DNA of 64,000 bases. It comes from Octopus vulgaris. Lineage: Eukaryota. Under the pieces are notes generated by a model that saw nothing but the letters and a program-made list of their open reading frames with translations, ran no database searches and was not told the origin of the DNA. Shown here piece after piece: positions 57,508 through 64,000 of the stretch. The DNA is taken from assembly GCA_951406725.2 (NCBI GenBank), contig OX597830.1, positions 46,748,001 to 46,812,000 of the forward strand, written 5' to 3'. The number at the start of each line of letters is the position of its first letter. Positions within the stretch are counted from its first letter, which is position 1. Made by a program: the position numbers and the translations under genes.

Positions 57508-58154
57508 GTCCAGTCGTCTGTTACTTTTGCAGGTGGACGGGAGCATAAATCTGGTTGAAGGATTAGACAGAGCGTGGGATAGATTGGAGCGTATGATAAG
57601 CTGGTCGTGTACAGTACATACAAGTCTTTAACCAGGAGTCAGTAGAAAAAGTACTAAACAAAGCGATAGGGAGGGAACCGTGGATAAACAGTGGTTGAGT
57701 TTGCGGGTAAATAATAACGGCTGGTGTAGTTAGAAGTCATGAACGAGGGAAACCGAAGCGCTTGGAGCATGAAGCAGTGAACCATGATATTTCTTTACAT
57801 CGTTCACCCTGCATAAATGTAGATACCAAATACAACCCAGATTATCCAAAAATTTTCAAAGAACGAAATACAAAAGTTTGGCATAATTTTTGAATACACA
57901 ACTTCAGGCTACGAAATACGAAATGCGAGAATACAGAGAAAGAGAGTTACAATGTTCAGAATACAGAAGCCGAGTATATAGGCTACCTGTCATAGGATCG
58001 TTCAAACATTGAAATGCTCTCGTCCATTTAACGCTCCAGGATGTAAATGTGTTTTACTTATCTACTTTATTCCATTTCCGAAATAAATTATGACTCCTTG
58101 TCAATGTATCGAATATTGCGCACGCGTACTCGATACATTGTGTGCTCGTGTGTA

Positions 58155-58248
<94 letters not shown>

Positions 58249-59159
58249 ATATTCAGTAAACGCTTTACACTATAATTATGTATATTTACACTATAATTAT
58301 GTAAACCCAACAGTTATAATAAGATAACAAGAAGCTACACATCGTTCAAAGAAAATATACAATTCACACACACACACTCACACACACATCACGCAAGTAC
58401 GATGATATACGCTAGGACATATAACATTGACAAAACAAAACAAAACAAAACAAACAACCCTGGTGTGTAATGCAAAGGATTGATAAGAGTCAGTGAAATA
58501 TCATCAACAAAAAATGACATTAGTATAAAATGATAAATAATATATCAAACTAGTTTTCTCACTAACCAACTGGCTGATTAGTTAGTGAGTTAGCAACTTA
58601 ATTAGTCTGCTAGCTTTATCGATAATTGAAACCAATAACGCCTCTTTCTTTTGATGATTCAAACGTTCCATTTTTTTTTTTTGAAATTAAGTTAACTGTA
58701 AACATAATGATAACACATTCCATAAACGCCATCTTTACACACGTACGTTGCATATATTTAGGCCTATTCACATGCAAATTACGCTCACTTCTACCGACCT
58801 ATACACACACGCACATTTCACATTGTGGGACTCATACATACAAGCATTAAACATATTCGTACCTTACACACGCATATCACACATTTCCATGCAGATGCAT
58901 AGATTTCACACGTGTTTCTTCTACCCGTCTACATATATTCCTAGTGATACCCGCATACATTACACGTACTCGTAGTTTGACGCACTTGCATTTTTATATC
59001 TACTCATAATCATACACGATTATACACACACACACACACACATACACACAGACAAACAGACACACAAACAGACACACACACACACAGACTCATTTCCATG
59101 TTTACGCACCTTAAATGCACTCGGAGTTATAAACCTATATATTATATACGGGCTCTCCA

Positions 59160-60135
59160 TATTCTTTTCCTTTCTTTTTCTCTTTCTTTCTTCCTTCTTT
59201 CCTTCCTTCCTTTCTTCCTTCTTTCCTTTCTTTCTTCCTTCCTTCTTTCCTTTCTTTCTTTCTTTCTTTCTTTCTTTCCTTCCTTCTTTCTTCTTTTTCT
59301 TTCTTTCTTTCTTTCTTTCTTTCTTTCCTTTCCTTCCTTCCTTCCTTCCTTCCTTCTTCTTCCTTCCTTTCTTTTCCTTCCTTCCTTCCTTCCTTCCTTC
59401 CTTCCTCCTTTCTTTCTTTCTTCTCTTCCCTTCCATCCTTCCTTCCTTCCTTCCTTCCATCCTTCCTTCCATCCTTCCTTCCTTCCTTCCTTCCTTCCTT
59501 CCTTCCTTCCTTCCTTCCTTCCTTCCTTCCTCTCTTCGTTTATCATTTCGCAATTTTCTCCTCTGTCTGTCAAAACTTTCTCCCAATTCTTTTTTTCTTT
59601 TATTATTTCCACAATTTTATTTTTACCTTTTTTTTTTATTCGTTGCTTCTACCTCATTCATCATTTTCGTTTCTCATCGTTCTCTGATTTTTTAAACCTT
59701 CCTTCCTTCCTTCCTTCCCTTTCTGCTTCTCCTTCATCCATTCTCTCTTTCCATTGTTCAATTCTCAGTTAAGAAATAAACCAGTGAGGCTAACAGGTTC
59801 ACTTCGTTTTTGAAATGTCTAAATTACTCGTCACCAATTCATTGATTATACATACGCGCACGCACGCGCGCACACACATACACACATACACACATACGCA
59901 CATACATACATACATACATACATACATACATACATACATACATACATACATACATACACACATACATACATACATACACACACATACGCACACATACGCA
60001 CATACATACACACATACATACATACACACATACATACACACATACATACATACACACACATACGCACATACATACATACATACATACATACATACATAAA
60101 TACGCACATACATACATACGTACACACACACACAT
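59160..60135. repeat. (CCTT)n polypyrimidine tract (59160-59740) and (TACA)n tract (59850-60135)
   Basis: Directly visible. Confidence 0.95.
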
Positions 60136-62029
60136 AGATTATTTGAGCAACGCGATTCACAGCAACCAGTCTGGAGTAAAATATGGCAGAACTTGGCAGA
60201 AAACGCAAATCCTTAATTCATACAAATGATAGCGAGGTCTGGGACTATAAAAAGGTGCAAGACCTTCTTAATATTTAAAGGATGGCGAGCGGAAGAAGAT
60301 GCTTTCCTTCACCAAGTAAGGGGCCGCCCAAAATGTATTCTAAATTAACAAGAGAGAAAATATATATGTATGTATGTGAGTGTGAGTATGTGTGTGTGTG
60401 TGTGTATTTCTGTGTATAACTATATTCCTCATACACACACACACACACACAAACACACATATATATATAAGTTATTATAGCGTTTTGTCTCCTTCCAAAG
60501 ACAAACTGGGCCAACTAAACGGTTCTAAGATAAATCTTTTATTCTTCGACACGGGGCAGAGTTGGTGTCAGCTGCTGAACTACCAAGATGAAGAGAAAAT
60601 TACTTGAGGGGCGCCGTAATATACTGTAATATGTGATATTACATGTGTCAGACTGCCTTGTATAGCAAACCTTGGTCAAAATGGCGGATATCCTGTTTCC
60701 ACGGATTTATAGTCTTCACACACGCATTCTTGTGACTTTGTTTATAATTTCAGTCACGCAGACATACTCATGTACTTTCATACACACGCACACACACACA
60801 CACACGCGCCGCATGTAGACATACACGCGCGCGCGCACACACACACACATATTCACACGCACGCACACACAAACACACATGCACACACACACATACAGTG
60901 AAATATTGATTAATCTGTTTGACCTGAAAGATGTTTCTTCCGGGTGTTTCCTCTGTAAGATATTTATTATGTTACAGGAGTGCTTAAAAGAGAGGCCAGA
61001 TTCTTGGAGAAAGTAATTTTCAAAACGTACACGTAATGTAAGACCGATCTACACACACACTCATACACATTTGTATATATATATATATATATACTATTGC
61101 TTTCTTTTTATCATTGGATTTCTCTGCCAAGTTTTCCAAGCTCCTTGTCTTTCATCTGTCAGAGAGAGGCGAGCTGACGTCATTAACACTTCCCGCCTTA
61201 CACGCTTCTGCCATTCCTTGATAATGTTTATGTCTTTTATAATATTCCGCGTCTAACATAAAATATGTACTTTAAGCTAACATTCTTCGTTCTGCATTAA
61301 ACACGAGGAATATTACTGGGTGGGCAGCAGCACTATCTGATCCGTTTACTTGCCAGAATAAGAAGACATTTTCTCTGCTAGTACAGAGACGGAGGCCGAT
61401 TCTGTAGTCTCGTCTAATTAAGTCTCATAAATCATTGGTTCGTGGACGCAACACAATGTGAAGGCGTCGTCTTTATCATAGACTTTTCTCAGATACCTCA
61501 GTCTTGCTTACCTCACTTCCTTCCGCTCGAAAGCAAGATTTGAACAACTGTAAAGTAACGAATACCTCCTCAGTTACATAAGACACACACACACAGAAAC
61601 ACACAAACATACACATAAACACATGTACACACACAAACACACACACACACGGTCTTAATCGCAAGTGGCTTGACCTGAGGCTGTCTATTGAAACTGAAAC
61701 AATTACATGTGGAAGAGACATGCATTAAAGGAATGTTATTACTGTCCATGTCTTAGGAGTGAGACGAAACTTTTTGATCCCTTATAGTCGACAGTACTAT
61801 GAAGAAATAAATGAAAGTGAAGATAACAACCTTCGTGTGTTCTTAAGCGAGTAAAATGACTCTTCTCCGAGTTATTTTTTATGTACTGCACCTTCCTCCC
61901 CACCTTGAATAACGCTTCAAATGTTCCGGTGCTAGGAAAGTAGATTTTGTTAAAGTATTTCAGATAATATCAATTTTCACTTAAGACAAACTGTATTTAT
62001 TTTATATGACTTGTTTATATAGAGTGAAC

Positions 62030-62419
<390 letters not shown>

Positions 62420-62652
62420 ATATGTGTATATGTGTATACTTGTGTGTATATGTGTATATGCGTATATATGTATATGTATATTTATGCTTATATTTATGTC
62501 TTACATATATATGTATATGTATGTAATTATGTGCAAGCATCTGTGTATTTTGATGTATATATGAATATTATAGATGGTCTAGTATGCGTATATACTGTTG
62601 TAAAATATTTACGTAATGCAGCGTGAACATTTTAATTTTAATTTTAATGTAT

Positions 62653-62873
62653 TACTCTTTTACTCTTTACTCTTTTACTTGTTTCAGTCATTTGACTGCG
62701 GCCATGCTGGAGCACCGCCTTTAGTCGAGCAACTCGACCCCGGGACTTATTCTTTTTGTAAGCCCAGTACTTATTCTATCGGTCTCTTTTTGCCGAACCG
62801 CTAAGTGACGGGGACGTAAACACACCAGCATCGGTTGTCAAGCAATGCTAGGGAAACAAACACAGACACACAA

Positions 62874-62906
<33 letters not shown>

Positions 62907-63076
62907 CATATATACGACAGGCTTCTTTCAGTTTCCGTCTACCAAATCCACTCACAAGGCATTGGTCGGCCCGGGGCTATAGCAGAAGACATTTGCCCAA
63001 GATGCCACGCAGTGGGATTGAACCCGGAACCATGTGGTTGGTTAGCAAGCTACTTACCACACAGCCACTCCTGCGC
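62653..63076 (-). mobile_element. SINE family B, full length, young
   Basis: Near-identical to 28386-28807. Confidence 0.93.
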
Positions 63077-63307
63077 TCCTAATTGACTTATATTTCGTAT
63101 ATAATTATTTACAATATGTATTTTGAATCTACTCTTCGATTTAAGGCTTTCTTCGATTTTACAATAGGATGAATTTATATTGAATTCATTTATTTTGTTA
63201 ATTACATGCTTAAGACCGTTAACTGAAAGGACCAATGAAACAAATCCATGTTTAAAGGTGAATCCTTTTACTAGTTTTGATTATATCGTTATTTCTGTTC
63301 TATTTTT

Positions 63308-63632
<325 letters not shown>

Positions 63633-64000
63633 AAATCTGTTGTAATAAGTTGTAATGAAAGTTTAAAACCATTCACTCTCACACGAAAGGCAAGGTAATT
63701 AATTCGTCAGTGTTTGAGATGTCACTGATCTTACGATTGCTTCTTAATGACGTCATTTGATATTTAAAGTAACAAAAAAAAAAAAAAAAAAGAGAAGCTC
63801 ACCTTCAAACACAAGACAAAGCACTGAATGAGAAGAGTTGTGTCTGAATGTCATTCGTAATTTAAACCAGCGAACTAATTCGGTTTAATTAATGTATTGC
63901 GGTGTTCTCTCCGGTCTTGAAGAAAAATAATATTAAAGAAAAAAAGAAATAAATGATAAAAGAGAAAAACAAGAAAAAAAGTTTTGACATTTATTTGAAG

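Noticed and set aside
57540-57780. Possible old RTE 3' relic (RLER.., ERGKPK)
   Set aside because: Too degenerate to support as a feature.
60140-60350. Possible Tc1/mariner N-terminal relic (RGRPK)
   Set aside because: A single short motif with no TIRs found.

Overview
This is eukaryotic, AT-rich, repeat-saturated intergenic or intronic DNA. The SINE families and extreme microsatellite load suggest an octopod cephalopod (Octopus-like); this is an inference, not verified. I find no convincing host protein-coding gene, tRNA/rRNA gene or CRISPR array, and almost all ORFs in the track are microsatellite artefacts or antisense to transposon relics. The window contains three tRNA-headed SINE families (several young copies, two with 15-18 bp TSDs) and decayed LINEs (RTE/RTE-X, RTE-BovB, CR1, jockey-like, Dong/R4 with restriction-like endonuclease in TAA microsatellites). 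It also contains a Naiad-type Penelope RT relic, short Penelope-like fragments with minimal hammerhead-ribozyme motifs, and DNA transposon relics (mariner foldback, Tigger-like MITE, MULE/FLYWCH, piggyBac). The most interesting observations are: hammerhead-bearing elements in inverted or paired arrangements; a ~560-bp non-coding TAA-targeting element present twice; an RTE ORF ending in three C2H2 fingers; a thrice-repeated TTAATGACGTCA motif; and two weak in-frame exon candidates. All alignments and translations were done by eye, so boundaries are approximate.
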